A model generated the notes under the pieces. That model did not search any database and was not told the origin of the DNA. It was given only the letters and a program-made list of their open reading frames with translations. Both the position numbers and the translations under genes were made by a program. Positions 1-8,530 of a stretch of 42,221 nucleotides of DNA are shown one piece after another. The DNA comes from a virus (taxonomy: Duplodnaviria; Caudoviricetes): positions 1-42,221 of the IMG/VR virus record IMGVR_UViG_3300037722_000144; one strand, given 5' to 3'. The first letter of the stretch is position 1, and the number at the start of each line of letters is the position of its first letter.

Positions 1-208
1 GTAATGTTCCAGTAACCGATGCTATTTCAACTGTTATTAATATTCCTGCGGGTGAAATTGCAATTAAATTTAATGGTCCGGATCCAAAACTTCCAGATGA
101 TTTGATAGAAATTCAAAAACTTTGGGAAAGAGAGGAAGGAATTGACCCTTATTTTCCTATGACTAGAGTTAATTCTCTTTCTCAACAATTAGCTGGAACT
201 GAACTTAG
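1..208. repeat. Terminal direct repeat, copy 1 (circularisation overlap)
   Basis: 1-208 matches 42014-42221 except position 82 (A) vs 42095 (G); it lies inside a CDS. Confidence 0.95.
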
Positions 209-548
209 TCAGTTTGGAGTATATGTTTGGGAATCTCAAGAAATTAAGTTTCTTCCTGCAAGTCGAGATAATGATATTAAAATTGAATACATTAGAAATT
301 TATTCTCACCCGCAGTAGATGCAAATTCTCCGATTAATGTTGTAAATGCTGCATCATTTTTAGAATTTAAGAATGCAGCGTTATGTGCTAGATATATAGG
401 TGAAAATACAACGCGTGCGGATTCGTTAGATGGTCAGGCTATTTTAGCACTAGATATGGCAACAGGGATTAGTAGTAAAGGGAGGCAAAGTATTATTACG
501 CGTCGTAGACCTTTTCGTGCGACTTATAAAAGAAGGTATGTTGGTTAG
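1..548 (+). CDS. Putative head-tail adaptor/connector protein, 3' part (gene starts at 41875 and wraps; about 228 aa)
   Basis: Frame is continuous with ATG at 41875 (MQLLAGEIFDISAALLND...) through the overlap; position between capsid and tail-stabilisation genes; function inferred. Confidence 0.6.
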   Translation, partial: NVPVTDAISTVINIPAGEIAIKFNGPDPKLPDDLIEIQKLWEREEGIDPYFPMTRVNSLSQQLAGTELSQFGVYVWESQEIKFLPASRDNDIKIEYIRNLFSPAVDANSPINVVNAASFLEFKNAALCARYIGENTTRADSLDGQAILALDMATGISSKGRQSIITRRRPFRATYKRRYVG

Positions 549-605
549 TTTTTAGTTAAACTCTCTGGCGTAGTAATACGCTGGTTATAGAACTGGAGAG
601 ATACA

Positions 606-1460
606 ATGTCAATTCCTGGAGTTTGGAATTCACTTAGACGTGGCGCGTATAATGGTGCAGCAATTGGTTATCCTTTTGCAGGTAGAAGTTATTATGTAGG
701 TGCGGGAGCACCTGTAGGAGTTGGAATTGAAAGAGTTAATACTATTCAAGATGCTGTAAATTTAATGATTGCTAAAGATGTCCTAACTTTAGGACCAGGA
801 AGTTATGACGAAGCTGTTGTAATTCCTGTGGGGTTGGATAATATTACGATTATGGGTGCAGGTAATCGTGGTGACATTGGTATTGCACCTGCGGCAACAG
901 ATGCAATTGCATTAGTTATCGAGGGTAGTGCAGCAAATAGGACACAGGGAATTACTCTTATTAATGTAGGATTAGAAGGTAATGGAGATGGTGGTGGTTT
1001 ACACGTTCTAGGAAATATTCGTAGAATTCGCGCATATGGTTGCAAGTTTGAGGGTGGTGCTTTTGCTGTTAAATTAGAAAGTAGTGCTGCTGGTTCAATT
1101 GGAGATACAATTTTTGATGATGTTGAATTAGCATGGACTACGAAGGCATTTCTATTGACAGTATCCGGCGGAGGCGACCCTGTTACGCAAACCCTCTTGA
1201 AAAATAGTTTACTTCACAACTATTCATCACATGGAGTTGATGTGGATGCAACTTTTGCTGCTGATTTGTGGATTGTGAATAATGATTTTATGGACCAAGA
1301 GGACGGGTCTGAACCTTCAGCTTTTTATGTTGATGCTGCTGAAGCTGGAACTACTGGAGGACTTTACAATAATAGGATTCCAGATGTTACAGCTAAAATT
1401 TCAGTAGCAGCGGGAGTTGAGAGAGTTGGAAACAATTACCAAGATGGAACATTAACTTAA
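606..1460 (+). CDS. Virion protein with right-handed beta-helix (pectin lyase-like) fold
   Basis: TIQDAVN...DVLTLGPGSYDEAVVI N-terminal motif followed by G/N-rich beta-strand repeats; GGAG RBS. Confidence 0.65.
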   Translation: MSIPGVWNSLRRGAYNGAAIGYPFAGRSYYVGAGAPVGVGIERVNTIQDAVNLMIAKDVLTLGPGSYDEAVVIPVGLDNITIMGAGNRGDIGIAPAATDAIALVIEGSAANRTQGITLINVGLEGNGDGGGLHVLGNIRRIRAYGCKFEGGAFAVKLESSAAGSIGDTIFDDVELAWTTKAFLLTVSGGGDPVTQTLLKNSLLHNYSSHGVDVDATFAADLWIVNNDFMDQEDGSEPSAFYVDAAEAGTTGGLYNNRIPDVTAKISVAAGVERVGNNYQDGTLT

Positions 1461-1500
1461 TTTTTAAAGTGGGGCGCGTATACTTTATCACGCGTATATA

Positions 1501-1659
1501 ATGCCAGTAGAATATAATTGGTTTATCTATGACCGTAAGATTGAAATTATTTCTTTTCCCGAGTGGCTTACACAAAAGGATAATGAGAATTGGGAATTAA
1601 TTACTACTTGTGGTTTATGGGACATTTCTATTAGATGCATCTTCAGACGTAAAATATAA
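1501..1659 (+). CDS. Small hypothetical protein (52 aa, DUF4177-like WEL...IFRR pattern)
   Basis: ATG 1501 to TAA 1659 fills the gap and overlaps the next ATG; not in the ORF track. Confidence 0.5.
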   Translation: MPVEYNWFIYDRKIEIISFPEWLTQKDNENWELITTCGLWDISIRCIFRRKI

Positions 1660-3170
1660 TGCCGCTACGTGACCACAAACCAGTGATTTTAGACCAGTTT
1701 AATGGTCTTTGGGAAAGGGGAGACCCTGATAATACACCTAAAGACCATTTTCAAGATTGTAATAATATTAAATTCATAGGAACTAATAAATTTGGAACTA
1801 GGGATGGAATAGATGTTCATCAATCTGTTGCTGTTCCGTTATTAGATATATTAAGAATTTATAATTATCCTACTTCTACCGGTAATACACTTTTAGTTTT
1901 AGCAAGAAATGGTAGTAATGGGGAAATTTATCATGTAGTTGATTCAGCAACAATTTTTGGTCCTATTTTAACTATAGCTGAAATGACGGATTTTGGATTT
2001 GTTCCTTACGCGGGACGCGCTTATATTACTCCTTTTAATACAGTAGTTGAAGGTGAATTAAATTTAGAAAAAGGAATTGAAGGTGAATTTCTTTATGTTT
2101 ATTTGGGTGCAGGTGCTGCTGCTAGGAAAGCTGCTTTAGCACCTTTAACTGGTTCATTAACAATTGCTTTTGGTGCGGCAGGTAATACAGACCCCGGATT
2201 CCATCTCTTTGCTTTTGTAGCTGAAACAGACTCAGGATTTTTAACTGCTCCTGGTGCTATTACAGGATTTACAACAGTTGCTGCATCGTCTGTATCATTT
2301 TCAGTAATTCCAACATCTGGTAGTCCTACAGTAACTAAAAGACATTTAGTTGCAACTAAAGTAATTACAGATTATAATAATAATACAACAGGTTATCAAT
2401 TTTTCTTTGTTCCAAATGCAACGATTGAAAATGATACCGATACATTTTTAAATGACATTTCTTTTTTCGATGCTGATTTATTGGATGATGCTTCTCATTT
2501 AATTGATAATTTTAGTGAAATTTCAGCAGGAGTATCATTAACATTATATCATAATCGTCTTATTCTTACTACACAGTTTGATGATATATCCCTTGTTAGG
2601 GTATCAGAAATAGGAGAACCTGAAGCAATTAGTCAAATTGATGGATTGTTAATTGTTCCTCCTGACGGTAATCCTATAACTAATGCACAGGAACTTCGTG
2701 ATGTTCTTTATGTAACAAAACGAGCTAAAACTGTTGCATTTGTAGATAATGGAGATGTTCCTTCTAGCTGGCCTATGACATTTATTGATAATGCTCTAGG
2801 TTGTCCTGTTCATGGAATTGCAACAGTTTTAGATTCTGGAGCTTCTAGTATTGATTATTTACTTGTTACTACTTATAAAGGAATAAATATTTTTAATGGT
2901 CGTTATGTGATTCCTGAATTATCATGGAAAATTCAAGACCTTTGGTTTAATCAAGATAAAAATGAATTTAGAATGATTCAAATAGTTAATGAACCTATTA
3001 GTCAACAAATTTTATGTGTTCTTCCTGATAGGAGAATATTAGTAGGTAATTATACTAATGGAATGGACCCTAAGAATATTAGATGGGCACCCTGGTCATT
3101 TTTTATAACTATTAATAGTATAGCTATTGTAAATATTGATGAAATAATAATTGGAGCTGATTTAGTATAA
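1659..3170 (+). CDS. Putative tail/DNA-stabilisation protein (P22 gp10 / tail tubular B-like)
   Basis: 503 aa, beta-rich; N-terminal QFNGLW...DCNNIKF...TRDG pattern; position after the adaptor gene. Confidence 0.55.
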   Translation: MPLRDHKPVILDQFNGLWERGDPDNTPKDHFQDCNNIKFIGTNKFGTRDGIDVHQSVAVPLLDILRIYNYPTSTGNTLLVLARNGSNGEIYHVVDSATIFGPILTIAEMTDFGFVPYAGRAYITPFNTVVEGELNLEKGIEGEFLYVYLGAGAAARKAALAPLTGSLTIAFGAAGNTDPGFHLFAFVAETDSGFLTAPGAITGFTTVAASSVSFSVIPTSGSPTVTKRHLVATKVITDYNNNTTGYQFFFVPNATIENDTDTFLNDISFFDADLLDDASHLIDNFSEISAGVSLTLYHNRLILTTQFDDISLVRVSEIGEPEAISQIDGLLIVPPDGNPITNAQELRDVLYVTKRAKTVAFVDNGDVPSSWPMTFIDNALGCPVHGIATVLDSGASSIDYLLVTTYKGINIFNGRYVIPELSWKIQDLWFNQDKNEFRMIQIVNEPISQQILCVLPDRRILVGNYTNGMDPKNIRWAPWSFFITINSIAIVNIDEIIIGADLV

Positions 3171-4150
3171 TGCCTGTTTATAGTGTTGTAATTGAATCGG
3201 GCGCTACTGGTGATGATGTAATTGTTCCTGTTGTTGGAACTGATGGGTGGGTTAGCACTGACCAAACTCCACCGGTTCCTACAGTTTATGATACTTTAGT
3301 TGATAGTGGTGATGGAAAAGCTGCAACTACTACTTCATGCGTAGGAGCAACTTGTGCTCCACTTGGTGCTCATACTTTACTATGTAGACCTGATAAACGG
3401 CAAATTGTTCTTGATGGCGCGCCTGCAATAGATTTCTTTTCTTTACCTGCTGGATTTCTTCTCGAAAGTTTAGATATAATAGCAGTTAGGAATCAAGTCT
3501 TAATTACTAGTGGTGCTACGGTAGAGATTTTTCAGGATGGTTTTCTTGTTGCAACATATGTTATTACTAATGGATGGCCATTAGCTACTAATGTATTTGA
3601 AGAAGTGGATGTAGTTCCAAATAGTCTTTATAGAGCTTTTAATGGTCAAATTAAAATTGTTAATACATCTACTATAAATGGTAGTTTAACTATAAATATA
3701 GATAAAATTAGTATTTCTGGAGATTATTCTATTTGGTCATCCCAATTAACATTAGCTTCTGATGGAAATAAAATAACTATAACTGATGGAGCCGGACAAT
3801 TAGAAGAATTAACAGACGTTCAAGTTAGTTATCTTGACCCAAATACTGGAGAAATATTTAGTTTTACTGGACAAATAATTTTTCAGAATGCATTTGAACT
3901 AATTTTTATTATTCCATTATTTATTCCTATATATTATCAACTTTTATTTACAGGTATTGGAAATGGGGTTCAATTTAGTGGAAGTGTTGTTCTTGGTTCT
4001 TTGAATACTTTATTAACTGATGGTTCTGGAATATATACATTAGTTCCTGGTAAAACTTCTGATACTTATTATGATAGGTCAACCGACCCTGTTACTACAA
4101 TTGAAATAAAGATTCCAGACCCATTTGCTAAAATAGGATTTATTCCCTAA
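3170..4150 (+). CDS. Hypothetical virion protein (beta-rich, 326 aa)
   Basis: Long ORF coupled by TAATG overlaps to both neighbours; T/S/G/V-rich. Confidence 0.6.
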   Translation: MPVYSVVIESGATGDDVIVPVVGTDGWVSTDQTPPVPTVYDTLVDSGDGKAATTTSCVGATCAPLGAHTLLCRPDKRQIVLDGAPAIDFFSLPAGFLLESLDIIAVRNQVLITSGATVEIFQDGFLVATYVITNGWPLATNVFEEVDVVPNSLYRAFNGQIKIVNTSTINGSLTINIDKISISGDYSIWSSQLTLASDGNKITITDGAGQLEELTDVQVSYLDPNTGEIFSFTGQIIFQNAFELIFIIPLFIPIYYQLLFTGIGNGVQFSGSVVLGSLNTLLTDGSGIYTLVPGKTSDTYYDRSTDPVTTIEIKIPDPFAKIGFIP

Positions 4151-4431
4151 TGGCTAGTGAAGGCTTAATACATCATTTCGGAGCAGTAAGATTGCGTCTA
4201 ACTGGTAGTGGTAATCTAAAAATGAGATTACTAAGTTTAGATAGTGTCATTACTCAAACATTAACTAGTCTAGCAATGTCATCTACTACTAATAGAGAAC
4301 CTACAAGATTATGTAATTTTAATGAACAACGCGCGCAATTAGAAGTTAAAACTACTGAAATTAATGAAACATTTGGAATATCTAAGATTGTAGTATATAT
4401 TAAACCTGTAGCATCAGAATTTCCCGGATAA
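4150..4431 (+). CDS. Hypothetical tail protein, possibly the detached C-terminal domain of the stabilisation protein
   Basis: 93 aa with alternating beta-strand pattern; translationally coupled. Confidence 0.5.
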   Translation: MASEGLIHHFGAVRLRLTGSGNLKMRLLSLDSVITQTLTSLAMSSTTNREPTRLCNFNEQRAQLEVKTTEINETFGISKIVVYIKPVASEFPG

Positions 4432-5423
4432 TGACAACTAGATTTGATATTATACAACCTGATTTAAGTCGTCTGAGATCACAATTAATGGTCTCAGATT
4501 TGAAAACTAAGGATAATCCTACTTTTCAAGTTATAGACCAATTAATTGCTGCTATAAGTCGTATTCAAGAATTAATAAATGAAGATGTTGATGTTATTAA
4601 TAATTTAATTACAAATCCATCTAATAATGTTGTAGGATATCCATATTTTGGAGAGGTTCTTGATAATGATTTAGATAGTTTTATTCCCGGTCCTACTGGT
4701 CCTATAGGTTCCAAGGGTGAAATTGGTCCTATAGGTCTACCTGGTATAGATGGTAATGATGGAGAGGATAGTTTAATTCCTGGTCCTATTGGTCTTACAG
4801 GATTATCCGGTTCTATTGGTCCTACAGGTGAAACAGGTTCTATTGGCTCTCCGGGATTAGATGGATTAGACGGGGAAGATAGTTTTATTCCTGGTCCCGT
4901 CGGATTATCTGGAGCTACTGGACCTACAGGTTCTACAGGAGCTACTGGATTAGCAGGATTAGCAGGTTTACCAGGATTAGATGGATTAGATGGAGAAGAT
5001 GGGATTCCTAATCCTGTTGCACTTCCTCCAGTTATTGATGGAGTATGGACAGATGTTCCATATGCGTCTGGTAATTTCACAGGAAGTAGTGGAACATGGA
5101 CAGTAGATTTAGGAGACCAGACCACATATGCATTTATGCGTATAGGAAAGACTTTATGGATTACGTTTCGTATTGAAAGCACAAGTGTTAGTGGAAGTCC
5201 TGCTGTGCTTCAAATTACTCTCCCTAATAGTATGGTCGCCAAAAAAACAATTGAGGTGCCGTATTCCTTCAATAATAATAATACTGGATGGACTATTGGA
5301 ACTGTGAATGTTATTGCAGGTCAAACAATCATTCGATGTCTACGAGATTCATCTGGCACGCCGTGGTCTGATGCTACCAATTTAACTGGTGTTATTGGCA
5401 CGTTAGTCTTTGAGATTCAATAA
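4431..5423 (+). CDS. Collagen-like tail fibre protein
   Basis: Long Gly-X-Y runs (GPTGPIGSKGEIGPIGLPG...) interrupted by DGxDGEDSxIPGP units; C-terminal fibre-tip-like beta domain. Confidence 0.8.
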   Translation: MTTRFDIIQPDLSRLRSQLMVSDLKTKDNPTFQVIDQLIAAISRIQELINEDVDVINNLITNPSNNVVGYPYFGEVLDNDLDSFIPGPTGPIGSKGEIGPIGLPGIDGNDGEDSLIPGPIGLTGLSGSIGPTGETGSIGSPGLDGLDGEDSFIPGPVGLSGATGPTGSTGATGLAGLAGLPGLDGLDGEDGIPNPVALPPVIDGVWTDVPYASGNFTGSSGTWTVDLGDQTTYAFMRIGKTLWITFRIESTSVSGSPAVLQITLPNSMVAKKTIEVPYSFNNNNTGWTIGTVNVIAGQTIIRCLRDSSGTPWSDATNLTGVIGTLVFEIQ

Positions 5424-5785
5424 TGGCTGCTTTTTATCATACATTTACAACAATTAACCAACCTGACCCATTTCTATTGGTTGCAGCCCTTCGTTTAAAT
5501 GACCCCGTTATCGGGTATGCCTACTTTGACCATACGTATCGTTTAAAGAAGAGCACCTCATGGACATTTAGACAAATTAATGAAGCCCAGCAAATACTAG
5601 ATACAACTGTTAAATCAACACCTCAGTTATTGGCACAGCAACGTATAGATATATGGCCTCTTGAATTTCGCGCTCTTGTTATGACATTTCTTGATATAAT
5701 TAATGAGTTACGAATAGAGTTAAGATTACCCATTATCACCTTAAACCAAACTCTTAATTCTATTCGAATTAAGGCCGGACAATAA
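5423..5785 (+). CDS. Hypothetical protein (possible fibre chaperone)
   Basis: ORF coupled to the fibre gene. Confidence 0.55.
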   Translation: MAAFYHTFTTINQPDPFLLVAALRLNDPVIGYAYFDHTYRLKKSTSWTFRQINEAQQILDTTVKSTPQLLAQQRIDIWPLEFRALVMTFLDIINELRIELRLPIITLNQTLNSIRIKAGQ

Positions 5786-5796
5786 TAGGATAACCA

Positions 5797-6141
5797 ATGG
5801 CTAGAACACCTAAGCGTCTTTACGGTCCCGCGCAAGTTGCAACTGGTCCTGCTACAGTATATACTGTTCCGGCTTTGACGAAAACAATTATTCGTCAATT
5901 GCATATATCAAATCCTTCTGCATCTGCTGTAACTATTACTCTATCAATTGGTGCTGATGCTGCTGCAACACGACTATTTTCAACATTTAGTATTCCTGCT
6001 GCTGCTGCGGGTGTGACTAATTCTGTGCAGGATTTCTTTTGGTATCAGATTATGGATGCTGCTGAAATTCTTACACTTAGCGCGGGCACAAATAATATTC
6101 TTGTGATAGTAATTAACGGTGATGAAATTACACTTGGATAA
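5797..6141 (+). CDS. Small virion structural protein
   Basis: AGGA RBS; A/T-rich beta-sandwich-like sequence (TVYTVPA). Confidence 0.6.
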   Translation: MARTPKRLYGPAQVATGPATVYTVPALTKTIIRQLHISNPSASAVTITLSIGADAAATRLFSTFSIPAAAAGVTNSVQDFFWYQIMDAAEILTLSAGTNNILVIVINGDEITLG

Positions 6142-6547
6142 ACCATCAAAACATTTAAGTTGGAATGAACTTAAATGTAAAGATGGGTCTCGCTATCCTC
6201 AAGAATATATAGATGATGGTCGATGTGAAAGATTGGTTGAATTATTTGAAGATATTAGAACTTTATGTGGTAATATTCCTATTAAAGTTTATTCTGCTTA
6301 TAGAACAATTGAATATAATAAATTAATAGGTGGAACATTGCATAGTCAGCATGTTCAGGGTAGGGCATTAGATTTACATCACACTTCATTAACTAATAAT
6401 GAATTTTATAAACTTATTCGAATTAATGCTAAACTATTAGGAATTGGTGGATTGGGTAGATATAAAACATTTGTTCATGTAGATATTAGACCCGGTAATA
6501 GAATTGCATACTGGGCAGCTAACGGAGTTAAAGATTCACCTGCTTGA
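6119..6547 (+). CDS. Peptidase M15 (D-Ala-D-Ala carboxypeptidase/YcbK-like), putative endolysin
   Basis: SAYRT..YN..IGG...SQHVQGRALD and GLGRYKTFVHVDIR zinc-ligand motifs; exact start uncertain. Confidence 0.88.
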   Translation: MMKLHLDKPSKHLSWNELKCKDGSRYPQEYIDDGRCERLVELFEDIRTLCGNIPIKVYSAYRTIEYNKLIGGTLHSQHVQGRALDLHHTSLTNNEFYKLIRINAKLLGIGGLGRYKTFVHVDIRPGNRIAYWAANGVKDSPA

Positions 6548-6569
6548 ATTATAGAAAGATAGGAAGATA

Positions 6570-7457
6570 ATGCCTAGTAGATTCGGTTCAGCTGAACAAA
6601 CTTATACTCCCCAACGCGCATATCCCGCTGCAATAAAACAACAAGCAGGAGATTACGATGAATTAATGGGGCGTTACAGAGGTGCATTAAATACTCCTAC
6701 TCCATCATATACTCCTTATGCTACTCCAGAACAAACTTTTAATCCTACTACTGGATATGGTGACCTTCAAGAACTTGCAGAAACTGGAGGTTTGGGTGAA
6801 GCTGGAATTTCATCTTTAAGAGAAAGAGGAATATCACCTATTCGTTCTGTTTATGCTAATGCAATGAGACAAATGCAGAGGCAACAAGCATTACAGGGAG
6901 GATATTCTCCTAATGCGCCTGCTGCACAAGCTAGAATGGCTAGAGAATTATCAGAACAAATAGGTGGAACAACTACTAATGTAAATGCTCAAATTGCTCA
7001 AATGGTTCAACAAGGTAGATTACAAGCTGCACCTGCACTTGCTAATTTACAACAATCTGAAGCTGCGCGTCGAGATTCAATTAATCAGATTAACATTGCT
7101 AATCAACAAAGAGCTGCTGAATTTAATAGACAAATGATGGCTCAAATGCAACAATCTCAAACAGGAAGAGAGGCTGAACTATTAGGTGGTATGCGACAAA
7201 TGTATGGAACTACTCCGGGACTTGTGCAAACTTTTGGTAATCAAGCATTGCAAGCAGAACAAATGGCTAGAACACCTATTCCTGTTCGTGGAACTCTTTC
7301 TAGTCCTAGAAGTTCTGGAATTTCTTTTTCTTCACCTAGTAGAACATCTGTTAATACCCAACCATCTAAATTACCTGTTAATACTCAACCATTTGCAGCG
7401 ACATCTTCGACATATGCGCCAAATCCAGCTTATGCTGCAATGGCTAAGAAATATTAA
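6570..7457 (+). CDS. Putative internal virion / DNA ejection protein
   Basis: Q/A/G-rich helical low-complexity protein; first of three consecutive genes ending the structural operon. Confidence 0.6.
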   Translation: MPSRFGSAEQTYTPQRAYPAAIKQQAGDYDELMGRYRGALNTPTPSYTPYATPEQTFNPTTGYGDLQELAETGGLGEAGISSLRERGISPIRSVYANAMRQMQRQQALQGGYSPNAPAAQARMARELSEQIGGTTTNVNAQIAQMVQQGRLQAAPALANLQQSEAARRDSINQINIANQQRAAEFNRQMMAQMQQSQTGREAELLGGMRQMYGTTPGLVQTFGNQALQAEQMARTPIPVRGTLSSPRSSGISFSSPSRTSVNTQPSKLPVNTQPFAATSSTYAPNPAYAAMAKKY

Positions 7458-7469
7458 GGAAATAAATAA

Positions 7470-8528
7470 ATGCCTAACAGTTTTCTTGGCGGAATTAGAA
7501 TGGCAAATATGTTTCGGGTTCCTAGAACCTATGATTATATTAATGATGATGATGGAAGAAGTGGGGAGGGAACTTCGCGCGTTTCTCAAATTGGAAGACA
7601 AGTTGCTAATCAGCAATCCCAACTCCCGGTTAATACTCAACCTGCCATGAATGTAGTTTATAAATCAAATTCTGAACCAGGAACTGAAATTCTTAGACAA
7701 TCTTCAGTTAGAGCATCTCCTGAACTTGAGTTAGAAAGGGAGAAAATTGCAGCTACTGCTGGATTACGTCAACAAGATATAGGCATTAGACAGCAACGCG
7801 CGGATGTTTATCAATTTAAGGCTCAAAATCCTAACATGAGAGTTTTAGTTGGTAAGGATGGGATGACGCGCGCTGTTAATCCTATTACTGGAGAAATACA
7901 GGAACTTGGTCAAACTGGATTAAGTGATGAAGAAGCTGCTAAATTAAATCAAACTTATCAAATGGAAAGAATAGAAGGACGTGGTAATATTCAAAGAGAA
8001 CTTCAAGAAACTCGTGGTAGACAGGAAATGGAACAAATTAATGAACGCGCGCGTTCTGGTATTGGTAGTTCTAGAGGATTATTACCTGCTCAAGAAGCCC
8101 AACAGTATCAAAATAAATATAATATTCTTATTAATCAAAGACCTGAATTGAGAGAATTTATAGAACTTGATTTTAATGGAATGCCTATTGTTGCTCCGTC
8201 AAGAGGACCATTAACTATATTTGGACGGGAAATGACTGGACCAAGAGGACCAACTGAAGAACAACGTAGGGAAATTAATGAATTTATTTTTGGTAATTCT
8301 GCTGGTCCTTCTGTCACTACTCCTACAATTACTAATCCTACAATGGAAACTGGAATAGGTACAGTAAAAATGAGAACACCCGATGGTAGGGAAATTGATA
8401 TTCCTGCTAATCAAGTTGATGAAGCTAAGAAACGTGATGCTATTATTATTTCTACTTCTTCAAAAATGTCAAAAATTAAACCTATGACTTCTTCACCAAG
8501 ATTTACTGCTGAACAAGTTAGAAGATAG
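7470..8528 (+). CDS. Putative internal virion / DNA ejection protein
   Basis: Charged helical protein of 352 aa; AAGGA RBS; synteny. Confidence 0.55.
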   Translation: MPNSFLGGIRMANMFRVPRTYDYINDDDGRSGEGTSRVSQIGRQVANQQSQLPVNTQPAMNVVYKSNSEPGTEILRQSSVRASPELELEREKIAATAGLRQQDIGIRQQRADVYQFKAQNPNMRVLVGKDGMTRAVNPITGEIQELGQTGLSDEEAAKLNQTYQMERIEGRGNIQRELQETRGRQEMEQINERARSGIGSSRGLLPAQEAQQYQNKYNILINQRPELREFIELDFNGMPIVAPSRGPLTIFGREMTGPRGPTEEQRREINEFIFGNSAGPSVTTPTITNPTMETGIGTVKMRTPDGREIDIPANQVDEAKKRDAIIISTSSKMSKIKPMTSSPRFTAEQVRR

Positions 8529-8530
8529 AA

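Noticed and set aside
1-208. Physical terminal repeat of the virion DNA
   Set aside because: It falls in the middle of a structural gene, which fits an assembly overlap of a circular-mapping genome better.
4565-5182. 205-aa antisense ORF
   Set aside because: Shadow of the Gly-X-Y collagen repeats; no RBS or independent features.
7186-7650. Alternative-frame ORF spanning two ejection genes, and similar shadow ORFs (11468-11923, 26471-26779, 27622-27999, 37072-37353)
   Set aside because: They overlap better-supported genes, have atypical composition and lack translation signals.
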